A DNA stretch of 10,019 nt from a virus (IMGVR_UViG_2721755712_000002); one strand, 5' to 3'. Shown: positions 1 through 6,982, numbered from the stretch's first letter. Notes: generated from the letters alone by a model not told the origin. Translations and numbers: made by a program.

Positions 1-110
1 CTAACCCATTGATTCTTTCGAAAACCTAAATTTGAGGAAGCCGGATAACACCATTTTTATAGCTCCGATCCCTTCAAAGTGAGGGGTAATTTGCCAAAAC
101 AGAGAGAGCA

Positions 111-434
111 TTACTGTCTCTGGCAATCTTTATCGCGATAACGCCTGAAGTACCCTCTCGCTTCCTCATCCATACCAAGAGCCGAATGAGTCCGCTTACC
201 AACATCCATCAATCCACTGAGAACGCCATACATAAAACGGTCGAAACCGTTAGCATTATTAACAACATTTTCCTGTCTGGAATTTTCCTCTGGTGAAACC
301 AAAGGTGATTGCTGCTGTTCTGGTTGGGCATCAAGCACAAAACCATCAGGAAGCTGTGAACTATCAGGAAACTGTGAGTTATCAGGTTGTTCATCGAGCA
401 CAAAACCTTCCGGTAAGATTACATTTGCTGCCAT
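111..434 (-). CDS. Hypothetical protein (107 aa) with an internal tandem peptide repeat
   Basis: ATG 434 with AGGAA upstream, overlapping the 3' end of the 447-aa gene by 16 nt. Repeat PEGFVLDEQPDNSQ / PDGFVLDAQPEQQQ, acidic and Gln-rich. Stop TAA at 111. Confidence 0.45.
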   Translation of the reverse strand: MAANVILPEGFVLDEQPDNSQFPDSSQLPDGFVLDAQPEQQQSPLVSPEENSRQENVVNNANGFDRFMYGVLSGLMDVGKRTHSALGMDEEARGYFRRYRDKDCQRQ

Positions 435-1762
435 TTTCCGTTCCTGTAAATGATTTTCTGACCAGTTTTAGGGTTGGTTGCCGTTGCGCCTTCTGATATT
501 CCTCCGGTTGCCGCTTTTGCCTGTCCAGTGCCAGCCTGTGATGTAGGCTGCCCGGAAACATCGTCAAATAGCTTCGCTTTCCTTCTTTCAAGGCTTTTTC
601 TTAGCCCCTGAGGAATAGTTTCTCCATATGTATCGAGATACTCGTCAACCTGCTGGTTAAACTGCTGCCCCATAGCATTGGCGTTGATTTTTGCGGCGTT
701 AACAATGTTATCCTTTGCCTCCTGCGACAGGCCGTTTCCAGCATTAAGCTGGTCTATGTATCCTTTGATTTGTCCCCATATGCCATCAGACCGCATTACC
801 TGAACCTGTTCGCCTTCACGAACGACTGACTGCGGGTCAAGAGATTTCATGTAGTTGAAGATAATCCCAAGTTGGGCAGCGCCAGTATTTACCTTGCTAA
901 GGGCTTGCAGAGAGTTTGCCGCCGCTCTGACAGAGTTATAATTTTTGCCAAAATTGGTAATGTCAGAATTTAATCCCTTAATTAAGTCTGCTGACGGCTT
1001 ACCTTTTTGCCCCAGCTCCATTAGCTTCAATCCCATCTCATCTGAGTGAATTTGTGCTCGCTGAGCCCTGTCTAGTTGAGCGTTCTGGATATTTGCCCAT
1101 CCTCTCGCGTTCTCCATGTCAGCCTGACGCATACTTTCATCCAGTCGCCCTTGCTCAAGTCGACGACCTTCCATTTGATCTTTGATATCGAAATACTTCT
1201 CATGACCGAGAGAAAACAGCGCCAGATTACCTGCGAAATGCTGGAAGCCCTGCGGGTCATTAACCTGCATTTCAGCAATAGTTTCTGGAGGGATACCTAA
1301 ACGACGCATCTCCTGCTCATTATCCATCATGAACCTGCCAAATGCGCCCTGACCAAGCGATGAGGCTACCTGTGCTTTGAGCGCCAGATTGCCATAATCA
1401 TCCCTTTGAGCATCATCGACATAACTCATCCCTTTACGGACTTCCTCAAACTCTTCTGGGAATGCTGTAATAAGATTACGCATCTGCTCCCTGTCACCGG
1501 ACGCATAAGCATCTGCATAACCTTTCTGGAATGCCGCTTTACGTTCCTGCTGTTGCTGCTGCTTATAAATGTCAGCAACTCCAGCCAGACCACGAAGACC
1601 TGTCAGAGCAACGTTATTTGCACCTGAGCGAGCCAGTTCATTGTTTTCGCGGATCAGACCAAGCGTTGCGTTAATGTCGCTTGCCTTTGGCGCATTCTCA
1701 TTTTGCGCACCGATGCCAGCCAGAAAACCACCAGAATTAATACCCTGTTGCCACGTAGCCAT
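419..1762 (-). CDS. Hypothetical protein (447 aa from ATG 1762; 451 aa if GTG 1774), Q/N/G/A-rich, possibly structural or coiled-coil
   Basis: Long ORF with consistent codon usage. ATG 1762 lies 5 nt after the upstream stop; GTG 1774 is the alternative. Contains a QQQQQ run and Gly/Asn-rich segments. No Shine-Dalgarno clearly visible. No catalytic motif recognised. Confidence 0.75.
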   Translation of the reverse strand: MATWQQGINSGGFLAGIGAQNENAPKASDINATLGLIRENNELARSGANNVALTGLRGLAGVADIYKQQQQQERKAAFQKGYADAYASGDREQMRNLITAFPEEFEEVRKGMSYVDDAQRDDYGNLALKAQVASSLGQGAFGRFMMDNEQEMRRLGIPPETIAEMQVNDPQGFQHFAGNLALFSLGHEKYFDIKDQMEGRRLEQGRLDESMRQADMENARGWANIQNAQLDRAQRAQIHSDEMGLKLMELGQKGKPSADLIKGLNSDITNFGKNYNSVRAAANSLQALSKVNTGAAQLGIIFNYMKSLDPQSVVREGEQVQVMRSDGIWGQIKGYIDQLNAGNGLSQEAKDNIVNAAKINANAMGQQFNQQVDEYLDTYGETIPQGLRKSLERRKAKLFDDVSGQPTSQAGTGQAKAATGGISEGATATNPKTGQKIIYRNGKWQQM

Positions 1763-1766
1763 AAAT

Positions 1767-1940
1767 TTACCCACGTCCAGTTAAAGTGTAAGCCAGCGCC
1801 TTATCCATTAATCCCCGAGCAATTTCGTGGATCGTTGGCGCAACTCCTACCTCTGATTTTTTACGCTGCTCCTCCTGAATTTTCTTTATCGCTTCCATTT
1901 GCTTCTCACTTATCAATACTGGCTTTACTGAAATAGCCAT
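1767..1940 (-). CDS. Small protein (57 aa), possibly ribbon-helix-helix (CopG/Arc-like) DNA-binding
   Basis: ATG 1940 with AAGGGGGG Shine-Dalgarno 4 nt upstream. The 100-aa ORF-track version (to 2069) is an unsupported extension across the terminator hairpin. Predicted pattern of strand (ISVKPVLIS) then two helices; the fold is inferred only. Confidence 0.55.
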   Translation of the reverse strand: MAISVKPVLISEKQMEAIKKIQEEQRKKSEVGVAPTIHEIARGLMDKALAYTLTGRG

Positions 1941-1974
1941 AACGCCCCCCTTAGAACTGTATAAAACAACAGTC

Positions 1975-2003
1975 ATTATAGTTTCATAAAACGCAACATT
2001 CAT
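1975..2003 (-). promoter_or_regulatory. Candidate sigma70 promoter for the 57-aa/447-aa operon
   Basis: Perfect TATAAT on the minus strand (plus 1975..1980), about 35 nt upstream of ATG 1940. The -35 at 17-bp spacing (ATGAAT) is weak. Lies between the terminator and the gene start. Confidence 0.3.
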
Positions 2004-2041
2004 CATTGTGATTGCAAAATATGAAACAAATAGCACAAAAA

Positions 2042-2068
2042 AATGCCACCGTTCAGTAGCTGGTGGCA
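2042..2068 (-). terminator. Candidate rho-independent terminator for leftward (minus-strand) transcription
   Basis: On the minus strand: stem AUGCCACC / GGUGGCAU (plus 2042..2049 pairing with 2061..2068), 11-nt loop, then UUUUUU (plus A-run 2037..2042). The loop is longer than ideal. Confidence 0.45.
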
Positions 2069-2263
2069 TCGTTCTGTATGTCAGGTTTTGACAGTTTTTT
2101 TATGGACTCTAAAAACTATATTTATGGAGTCGCATTACTCTTCACGGCAGGCGCTTTCCAGTTCTGCCCTTGCTTCTGGCTCCATTGGTAATTTGATTCG
2201 CGATCAGCTATGCGGATGGTTTGCTGAACAGGCATAACAACATCTCAGAGGCTATTTTTTGAA

Positions 2264-2280
2264 CTACGAAAATTTCGTAG
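2264..2280. promoter_or_regulatory. 17-bp near-perfect palindrome CTACGAAAATTTCGTAG; candidate operator for a dimeric DNA-binding protein
   Basis: Read directly: 8-bp arms CTACGAAA / TTTCGTAG around a single central base. Located in the 600-bp non-coding region. No T-tract follows on either strand, so it is unlikely to be a terminator. Confidence 0.35.
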
Positions 2281-2435
2281 TGCTCACCTTCAAAAACGTC
2301 ACGCCCTTGTACACTGGATTTTACAAAAGTCTCGTAAAACTCTTTGCTGTTCTGGGCTATGTGCCAAACCGCAGCGAATACCTCCGTCTGCCAGATGAGC
2401 AAAACATACCTTATAAAGAAAATCGCTGTTTTTGC

Positions 2436-2539
2436 TGTACCACCTGTACCACCATGTCACAAACCCTTGTGTGGCGCGGCCTGCAGGTGGTACAGGTGGG
2501 TAAAAATGACCTCTCCCCACCTGTACAGACCTGTACCAT
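2436..2539. repeat. Iteron cluster 1: the same GGTGGTACAGGT core in both orientations, including tandem 9-mers (CTGTACCAC)x2
   Basis: Read directly: CTGTACCACCTGTACCACC at 2436..2454 (reverse orientation of the core), GGTGGTACAGGTGG at 2487..2500, CCACCTGTACAGACCTGTACCA at 2518..2539. Lies immediately downstream of the 245-aa gene stop (2544). Confidence 0.7.
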
Positions 2540-2543
2540 TTAT

Positions 2544-3281
2544 TTAATTTTTACCCATAGCAGCACATAATCCCTTTTTTGAAATATTGAAAAATGCGTT
2601 CATTCTTCCCGCTGGCTTAACCTTGTAGCCGCTTGCCACCATCGCCGCAATAAATGCTCCGTTGGGGATATAGTGCGGGTGATCACTGTGCTGGTGGTTT
2701 ATCTGGTTATATCGCTCCACTTCATGCTTCAACGTGTCAGATGTGGGGTTATCCTGCGGGAAGCTCTCAATCTGGGCATTACTCATCCCGTTGTCTCTGA
2801 TCCATCTCAGGCAGCTTTTCGCCGATACGATAAATGACGGGTTATCAAGCGGGTTTTCCCAGTCCGCATTCCGGTTGTGGAGCGCCAGTCCGTCAAGGTT
2901 AAATTGTGGGTATTCAGCGGTAATTACTGTCACTGCGTGGCGGATTTCAGTCTCGTCACAACATGGCTCATCTCCCACACCAGCAGGGTAATAATCTGAA
3001 CCACCGGGACTGATACAGCGTTTACCACTGAAAGGCCATTGCTTCGCCATTTCGGGTGTTGAGTGATTACCGTCGCTCCGTTCGCGCTGTGCCTCTGTCC
3101 ACTGGCTGGCATATTCAGTAAATGAAACTCTTTGCCCCTGGCGCATCCAGTGCGCAATCATAATTAAAGTGCGTTCCAGACTTTGGATGTCGCCAGCATT
3201 CCCGCACTGTGTAGCGAAACTTTTTAATTCTTCGCGCTCCGTTCTGGTCATTCCCTGCAGTATGCAATAGTTATTGTTCAT
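2544..3281 (-). CDS. Hypothetical protein (245 aa), Cys- and His-containing, no recognisable family
   Basis: ATG 3281 with GAGG upstream, coupled to the 76-aa gene. Segments RCISPGGSDYYPAGVGDEPCCDE and HQHSDHPH could be metal-binding. Followed directly by iteron cluster 1. Good codon usage and length. Confidence 0.7.
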   Translation of the reverse strand: MNNNYCILQGMTRTEREELKSFATQCGNAGDIQSLERTLIMIAHWMRQGQRVSFTEYASQWTEAQRERSDGNHSTPEMAKQWPFSGKRCISPGGSDYYPAGVGDEPCCDETEIRHAVTVITAEYPQFNLDGLALHNRNADWENPLDNPSFIVSAKSCLRWIRDNGMSNAQIESFPQDNPTSDTLKHEVERYNQINHQHSDHPHYIPNGAFIAAMVASGYKVKPAGRMNAFFNISKKGLCAAMGKN

Positions 3282-3501
3282 GTTTTACCTCTCTGATTTC
3301 TGCTGCCATATCTGTTGGCTCTATACAGCCGTCCCGACTTGCCACGCAGGGAATAATGATTTCAACGGTATCGCCGTCAATACACATTTCAACATTCGCC
3401 CATGCCGCAATGGGTAGCCAGTCTGAACGCCCCTCAAACCGTAGCTGCCAGCCAGAGGAAGAAGCTAACTGGCGCACTTTGTAAAATGGTGTGCTCATCA
3501 T
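3271..3501 (-). CDS. Small hypothetical protein (76 aa), first gene of a two-gene module
   Basis: ATGATG start at 3501 with GAGGGA upstream; stop TAA overlaps the next gene's start by 11 nt (ATGAACAATAA). Preceded by iteron cluster 2. Confidence 0.6.
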   Translation of the reverse strand: MMSTPFYKVRQLASSSGWQLRFEGRSDWLPIAAWANVEMCIDGDTVEIIIPCVASRDGCIEPTDMAAEIREVKHEQ

Positions 3502-3545
3502 TGGTTGTTCCCTCTCAGCCAGCCAGAAGAAATGCGTTTGTTAAT

Positions 3546-3648
3546 GGTATAGGTGGTACAGGTCTGGTATAGGTAAGATATTGACCTGTACCACTATAAC
3601 GCATTGTTTTTAATGCTGAATTAGCAAAGTGGTATAGGTGGTACAGGT
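3546..3648. repeat. Iteron cluster 2: exact 19-bp direct repeat TGGTATAGGTGGTACAGGT twice (84 bp apart), a partial copy, and an inverted copy
   Basis: Read directly: 3546..3564 and 3630..3648 are identical; TGGTATAGGT at 3566..3575; GACCTGTACCACTATA at 3583..3598 is the inverted copy. Sits between the stop of the primase-like gene (3678) and the start of the 76-aa gene (3501). Confidence 0.7.
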
Positions 3649-3677
3649 AAAAACGATCTTCTTGTAAAAAGACTATA

Positions 3678-4457
3678 TTAAAAAACATCATAACCCCCCA
3701 TACCGATCAGACGGGCAAACGCAGCCTGTAGAACTCCGACCTCTGGTAGTTCGTAGAACACGCCATTCCCTCGGTCTGGTCTTCCATGCTTCACCAGCCC
3801 CATTTGTGCAAGTGATTTACCCAGTAGTGATCTGGCAGCTGGTTCTTTAAGCTTTTCCCCACGCTCAAGCGACCACGCTACAAATCGACTAACCATATCC
3901 TTTGCAAACAAACGGACTTCGCCATTAAACGGAGGTTCATTGATTAGCTCGCCATAAAGAAACAATTCAACGCCAGACAGCCCCAGCAAGATTTCTTCAC
4001 GTAAGGCATCGGTCTGTGGCGCTCGTTGAGGGTCAAAACCTGAGAGATCCACCCCTTTAAGATGCCAAAGCAACTTTGCGGCACCGCCATCATTAAGCCA
4101 ACTGTACAGCCGATCAAAATACTCCCGGCTCTGTGCTTTTTCAGGAGATGGCTCAAGCACGAGATAGCGGCGCTCTCTTATCCCTGCCTGTAATACCTGT
4201 GTGCTGTTACTGGCAAATATCAACCGGGCAAAATTCGGCATTGGTTCAGCATCAATTCCCTTGCGCTCAAGGTTAAACGTCGGTTCGCTAATAATCGCTT
4301 CCTGAATAGCTTCTGGTACGCCATTGAGCAGTGACATAACCGCGCCAATCATTAACTTGTCTCTGTTGCTTGGGCTGGCCCCTTCAAGCCAGAACCCTAA
4401 AACAGTCTGAACCTGTTCGATGCGACATTGCGCTTCAATGAGCTGGATGTTGGTCAT
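3678..4457 (-). CDS. Primase-helicase C-terminal-like protein (259 aa); helicase motif C and arginine-finger-like segment, no Walker A in this ORF
   Basis: GGAGAG Shine-Dalgarno 6 nt upstream of ATG 4457. Segment ARLIFASNSTQVLQAGIRERRYLVLEPS resembles the motif C (hhhhS/T-N) plus Arg-finger region of SF3/P4-family primase-helicases. No GxxxxGK(S/T) P-loop is present. Product assignment is from recalled motifs only. Confidence 0.65.
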   Translation of the reverse strand: MTNIQLIEAQCRIEQVQTVLGFWLEGASPSNRDKLMIGAVMSLLNGVPEAIQEAIISEPTFNLERKGIDAEPMPNFARLIFASNSTQVLQAGIRERRYLVLEPSPEKAQSREYFDRLYSWLNDGGAAKLLWHLKGVDLSGFDPQRAPQTDALREEILLGLSGVELFLYGELINEPPFNGEVRLFAKDMVSRFVAWSLERGEKLKEPAARSLLGKSLAQMGLVKHGRPDRGNGVFYELPEVGVLQAAFARLIGMGGYDVF

Positions 4458-4717
4458 TTCGCACTCTCCACATCGATTAAACTGATATCTATCAGGGAGG
4501 TAACTTTTTGTAGCCAGCTATTGATTACTGTCGCCTGTTCCCCTCCCACCGAGGGAATAATCTCATTCATCACATGAACCAGACCTGTGCGCGCTCTGGT
4601 AAGCCGTTCAGTCGCGCAATCTGCGGGAGTGAATGTGTCTGGATATGGCTCTTCGCGCCCCAGCAATGATTCAATTTCCAGCTCACACGGATGACGATAA
4701 ATTAAGTTGATATTCAT
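4454..4717 (-). CDS. Small hypothetical protein (87 aa); contains a Gly-rich segment VGGEQAT that could be a degenerate P-loop (speculative)
   Basis: ATGA overlaps at both ends (4717 and 4454). GGTGGTG Shine-Dalgarno-like sequence upstream. Part of the coupled operon. Confidence 0.5.
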   Translation of the reverse strand: MNINLIYRHPCELEIESLLGREEPYPDTFTPADCATERLTRARTGLVHVMNEIIPSVGGEQATVINSWLQKVTSLIDISLIDVESAK

Positions 4718-4908
4718 TTTTCACCACCAAGAATTACCAGCTCTGCACGGGCATCGTTAACCAAAGATGAGCACGCTTTAATCGCATCCACGACATCAGC
4801 AGCGTCCATTTCTTCAGCCGAAAGACTGACAGCAACCAGGACAGCCGCTGCTTGCTCGATTAATTGAAGTGCGGACGTAAGGCGAGGGGTATTAATTGAG
4901 TTATTCAT
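4714..4908 (-). CDS. Small hypothetical protein (64 aa)
   Basis: ATG 4908 with ACGGGGG Shine-Dalgarno-like sequence upstream; 8-nt overlap with the upstream gene; stop TGA overlaps the next ATG (ATGA). Confidence 0.5.
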   Translation of the reverse strand: MNNSINTPRLTSALQLIEQAAAVLVAVSLSAEEMDAADVVDAIKACSSLVNDARAELVILGGEK

Positions 4909-5119
4909 TGGTTGCCCCCGTTTTTACTGGCATTTCGCCACCTTCCAGCAGGAAATGAACGTCACGAACGGCGAGATCCAATATCGCGAGTAACGCCTTC
5001 AGTCTTTCGTCTCGTGAGGGAGAGTTGCTCACCAGAATGTCGTTAATCACTTCTGTCAGTGTGATGATCTGGCTTGTGCGTTCGAGGGGATCCATATGCA
5101 CATCGTAGGTTTTAATCAT
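4901..5119 (-). CDS. Small hypothetical protein (72 aa)
   Basis: ATG 5119 preceded by GGAGGTGG; ATGATTAA overlap with the upstream gene's stop. Corresponds to the C-terminal 72 codons of the 355-codon ORF. Stop TAA overlaps the next ATG (ATGAATAA). Confidence 0.5.
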   Translation of the reverse strand: MIKTYDVHMDPLERTSQIITLTEVINDILVSNSPSRDERLKALLAILDLAVRDVHFLLEGGEMPVKTGATNE

Positions 5120-5306
5120 GTGCCACCTCCATGCGGATACGACCAGCAAAAAAGCAGACGTGATCGCGCACCAGAGAACGGCGAGCATCGCGTTCAGACT
5201 CGGCAGCAATATGATGAATTTTGGCGGTAATTGTCGGGCAATCGCGGCGAACTGCGGCGATAATCCAGATAAATTGCGTTTTTTGGGTAGGGGTAGTAGC
5301 CAGCAT
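5112..5306 (-). CDS. Small hypothetical protein (64 aa)
   Basis: AAGGAGG Shine-Dalgarno 7 nt upstream of ATG 5306. Codons are E. coli-like (CGC, CTG, GAT, GCC) in this frame, whereas the overlapping frame of the 355-codon ORF is rare-codon-rich here. Stop TAA forms an ATGATTAA overlap with the next gene. Confidence 0.5.
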   Translation of the reverse strand: MLATTPTQKTQFIWIIAAVRRDCPTITAKIHHIAAESERDARRSLVRDHVCFFAGRIRMEVAHD

Positions 5307-5968
5307 GTGGCAGCCTCCTTCAGATAGCAGGTTACGCTACCACCGGAAACGCCAATTTCGCTGGTGGTAGCCCAGACAGGGTTGGCGTAACCGGCTCTGA
5401 AGGATACCGGCGCTTCCGAAGAAGCCCCCGCCTGAGCCACCATTGATTGACAAAGGCGCTGGATTATACACCAACGCCCAAAAAATGGGTGAGTCAGACC
5501 TACGACATAAAAAAAGACGCTCGGCGCGTCATATGTCGCCTTCAGAATTTTTAGGACGCCAATCCCGGCACCCGTTTTATGAGGTGCCTTATAACCATAA
5601 ACCGTGTTGCCGCATAACGGCAAGCTCTTTTTTATGGACTCCGAAAACTCACTATTGGAAGAACCAGAAGCACAGTACATCGCGCTCATTTCGTTAACGT
5701 CACGCGCGTGGACGAAGGTTTTTGTGGAGTCACTACACGAGCAGAGAAAGCCATCTACGACCAGAAATTCTCTGGCATAGCCGCTGACCTTCTCAACGCT
5801 AACACCATCGACCGTAATTTCTGACATAGTTAAGGCATCCGCTCCTACCACCAGCAAATGATAAACTTTGCTTGTATCTGCTGTATTAATGTCTGACTTT
5901 GCTGTCATATTGCTGGATTTTGGCGACATACCAGCCAGTGAAAATATCTTCTTCTGGGCGGTTAGCAT
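5303..5968 (-). CDS. Hypothetical protein (about 221 codons) with no in-frame stop; the frame stays open to 4901, giving the 355-codon ORF in the track
   Basis: ATG 5968 has a GGAGG Shine-Dalgarno 7 nt upstream and overlaps the previous stop (ATGCTAA). Codon usage is good in this frame down to about 5306, then rare codons (CTA, TTA, CGA, ATA, AGG) appear while the -1 frame becomes well-coded. At the expected ATGA start/stop overlap the sequence is ATGC, so the 3' end given here is inferred. Confidence 0.55.
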
Positions 5969-6144
5969 TTGTTAACCTCCGCGAACTCCTTCATGAAACG
6001 TGCCAGCGGTTGTACGCATGGCGATTGATACCCGTCGCGATAAAACGTCACTCGGTTGTGAGACACGCTTTCGACAGTAACGAGTGCTCCGTGGGCATCT
6101 TTGTAGCGTTTTTGAGGTTGTGGTGTTCCTGTCGGCTTAAACAT
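5962..6144 (-). CDS. Small hypothetical protein (60 aa)
   Basis: ATG at 6144 forms an ATGTTTAA overlap with the antirepressor stop codon, indicating translational coupling. The longer ORF-track version (5962..6231) is an unlikely upstream extension. Stop TAA at 5962. Confidence 0.5.
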   Translation of the reverse strand: MFKPTGTPQPQKRYKDAHGALVTVESVSHNRVTFYRDGYQSPCVQPLARFMKEFAEVNKC

Positions 6145-6970
6145 GGACCGCCTCCAGACGCTTGGCGAGCCAGCGTTGCGACAGGCGGGTGAGTTCTCCT
6201 TTGCGCTGCTCATATTCCATGCCCATATCAATTAACGTGATATTGGTGCTTTCGAGATATGAGAGGTGCTCAAGCTGTTCTGCGTTCATATGGTCGCGAG
6301 GTTCGCCAGAATAGCCATTTATCCGCGCCCACTGCTTAGCAGTTAGCCCACCAAGAACGATACGAGAAATCATATTGCTCTCGTTTGTGTAGTGGTGTTG
6401 CTGCGTCGTTTTCCCCATCTCGGCACGGGCCATATTCAGCGCATCGCACATTGGCTTGAAGTTGTTTGCGGCACTGATACGGGCTTTTAGCTGGCGACGA
6501 TAGCGGGCGGCGATTTCAGGCACGCTACGCTGTAATTCTTTCTCGCACTGGATGAAATAACGGCGGATAGCGCGACCCTGATCATTGCGTTCGATCATTG
6601 CCAGTTCTTTCGCCATTCCGACACTTAACAGATAGTCTTTGCCGGGTCTGCCAGAGTGCTTAATCTTGCTGTAAGCCGCGCCATTCGGGCTTTTCCCCAA
6701 ATTTGGGGAAATTGTTTTATGGACTGAGTAATCGTGCCCAATGGTGAAGTCATATTCAGAGATGCGATCAGTGATCCATGTAGAGAAGTCTTTTCCCACG
6801 CCCAACGCTTTGTGTAACGCTTTTGCGCTAACAATATTGGTTTCACGCCCGCCTATATGACCAGAAATAACCGGGACAATTGCGGCAAATTCATTACCGT
6901 TAATTGTGCCCAGAGAGGCGTTCAGATGAGGGGCGGCCTCAGAAATTAATCTGCTTTTTTCGATGTTCAT
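6137..6970 (-). CDS. Phage antirepressor, AntA/Rha/KilAC-like (277 aa)
   Basis: N-terminal SAKALHKALGVGKDFSTWITDRI and central GKDYLLSVGMAKELAMIERNDQGRAIRRYFIQCEKEL match the conserved core of phage antirepressor families (recalled motif). GGAG Shine-Dalgarno 8 nt upstream of ATG 6970. Confidence 0.8.
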   Translation of the reverse strand: MNIEKSRLISEAAPHLNASLGTINGNEFAAIVPVISGHIGGRETNIVSAKALHKALGVGKDFSTWITDRISEYDFTIGHDYSVHKTISPNLGKSPNGAAYSKIKHSGRPGKDYLLSVGMAKELAMIERNDQGRAIRRYFIQCEKELQRSVPEIAARYRRQLKARISAANNFKPMCDALNMARAEMGKTTQQHHYTNESNMISRIVLGGLTAKQWARINGYSGEPRDHMNAEQLEHLSYLESTNITLIDMGMEYEQRKGELTRLSQRWLAKRLEAVHV

Positions 6971-6982
6971 TTTTAGTCTCCG

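Noticed and set aside
1767-2069. 100-aa version of the small gene (start at 2069)
   Set aside because: The extension has no ribosome-binding site, is hydrophobic and low in complexity, and runs through the terminator hairpin. The internal ATG at 1940 has a strong AAGGGGGG Shine-Dalgarno.
2094-2130. Repeat of about 30 bp containing TTTTTTATGGACTC, shared with 5626..5660 and partly with 6712..6727
   Set aside because: Two of the three copies lie inside coding sequence and encode different peptides. A 14-mer match in AT-rich DNA over 10 kb is not clearly beyond chance. Noted, but not called as a repeat element.
2436-3648. CRISPR array as an explanation for the short repeats
   Set aside because: The repeats are 12-19 bp, irregularly spaced, present in both orientations and split into two clusters 1 kb apart with genes between them. 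They lack the regular repeat-spacer architecture of a CRISPR array.
5120-5306. Programmed -1 ribosomal frameshift joining the 221-codon gene to the 64-aa gene
   Set aside because: No convincing slippery heptamer or downstream structure at the junction. The downstream gene has its own Shine-Dalgarno and ATG, so independent initiation is simpler.
4901-5968. Single 355-aa protein as given by the ORF track
   Set aside because: The frame is rare-codon-rich between about 5120 and 5306, while an overlapping frame with its own Shine-Dalgarno and ATG is well coded. The C-terminal 72 codons have their own ribosome-binding site. A composite of separate genes is more likely, though I cannot exclude the long ORF without a search.
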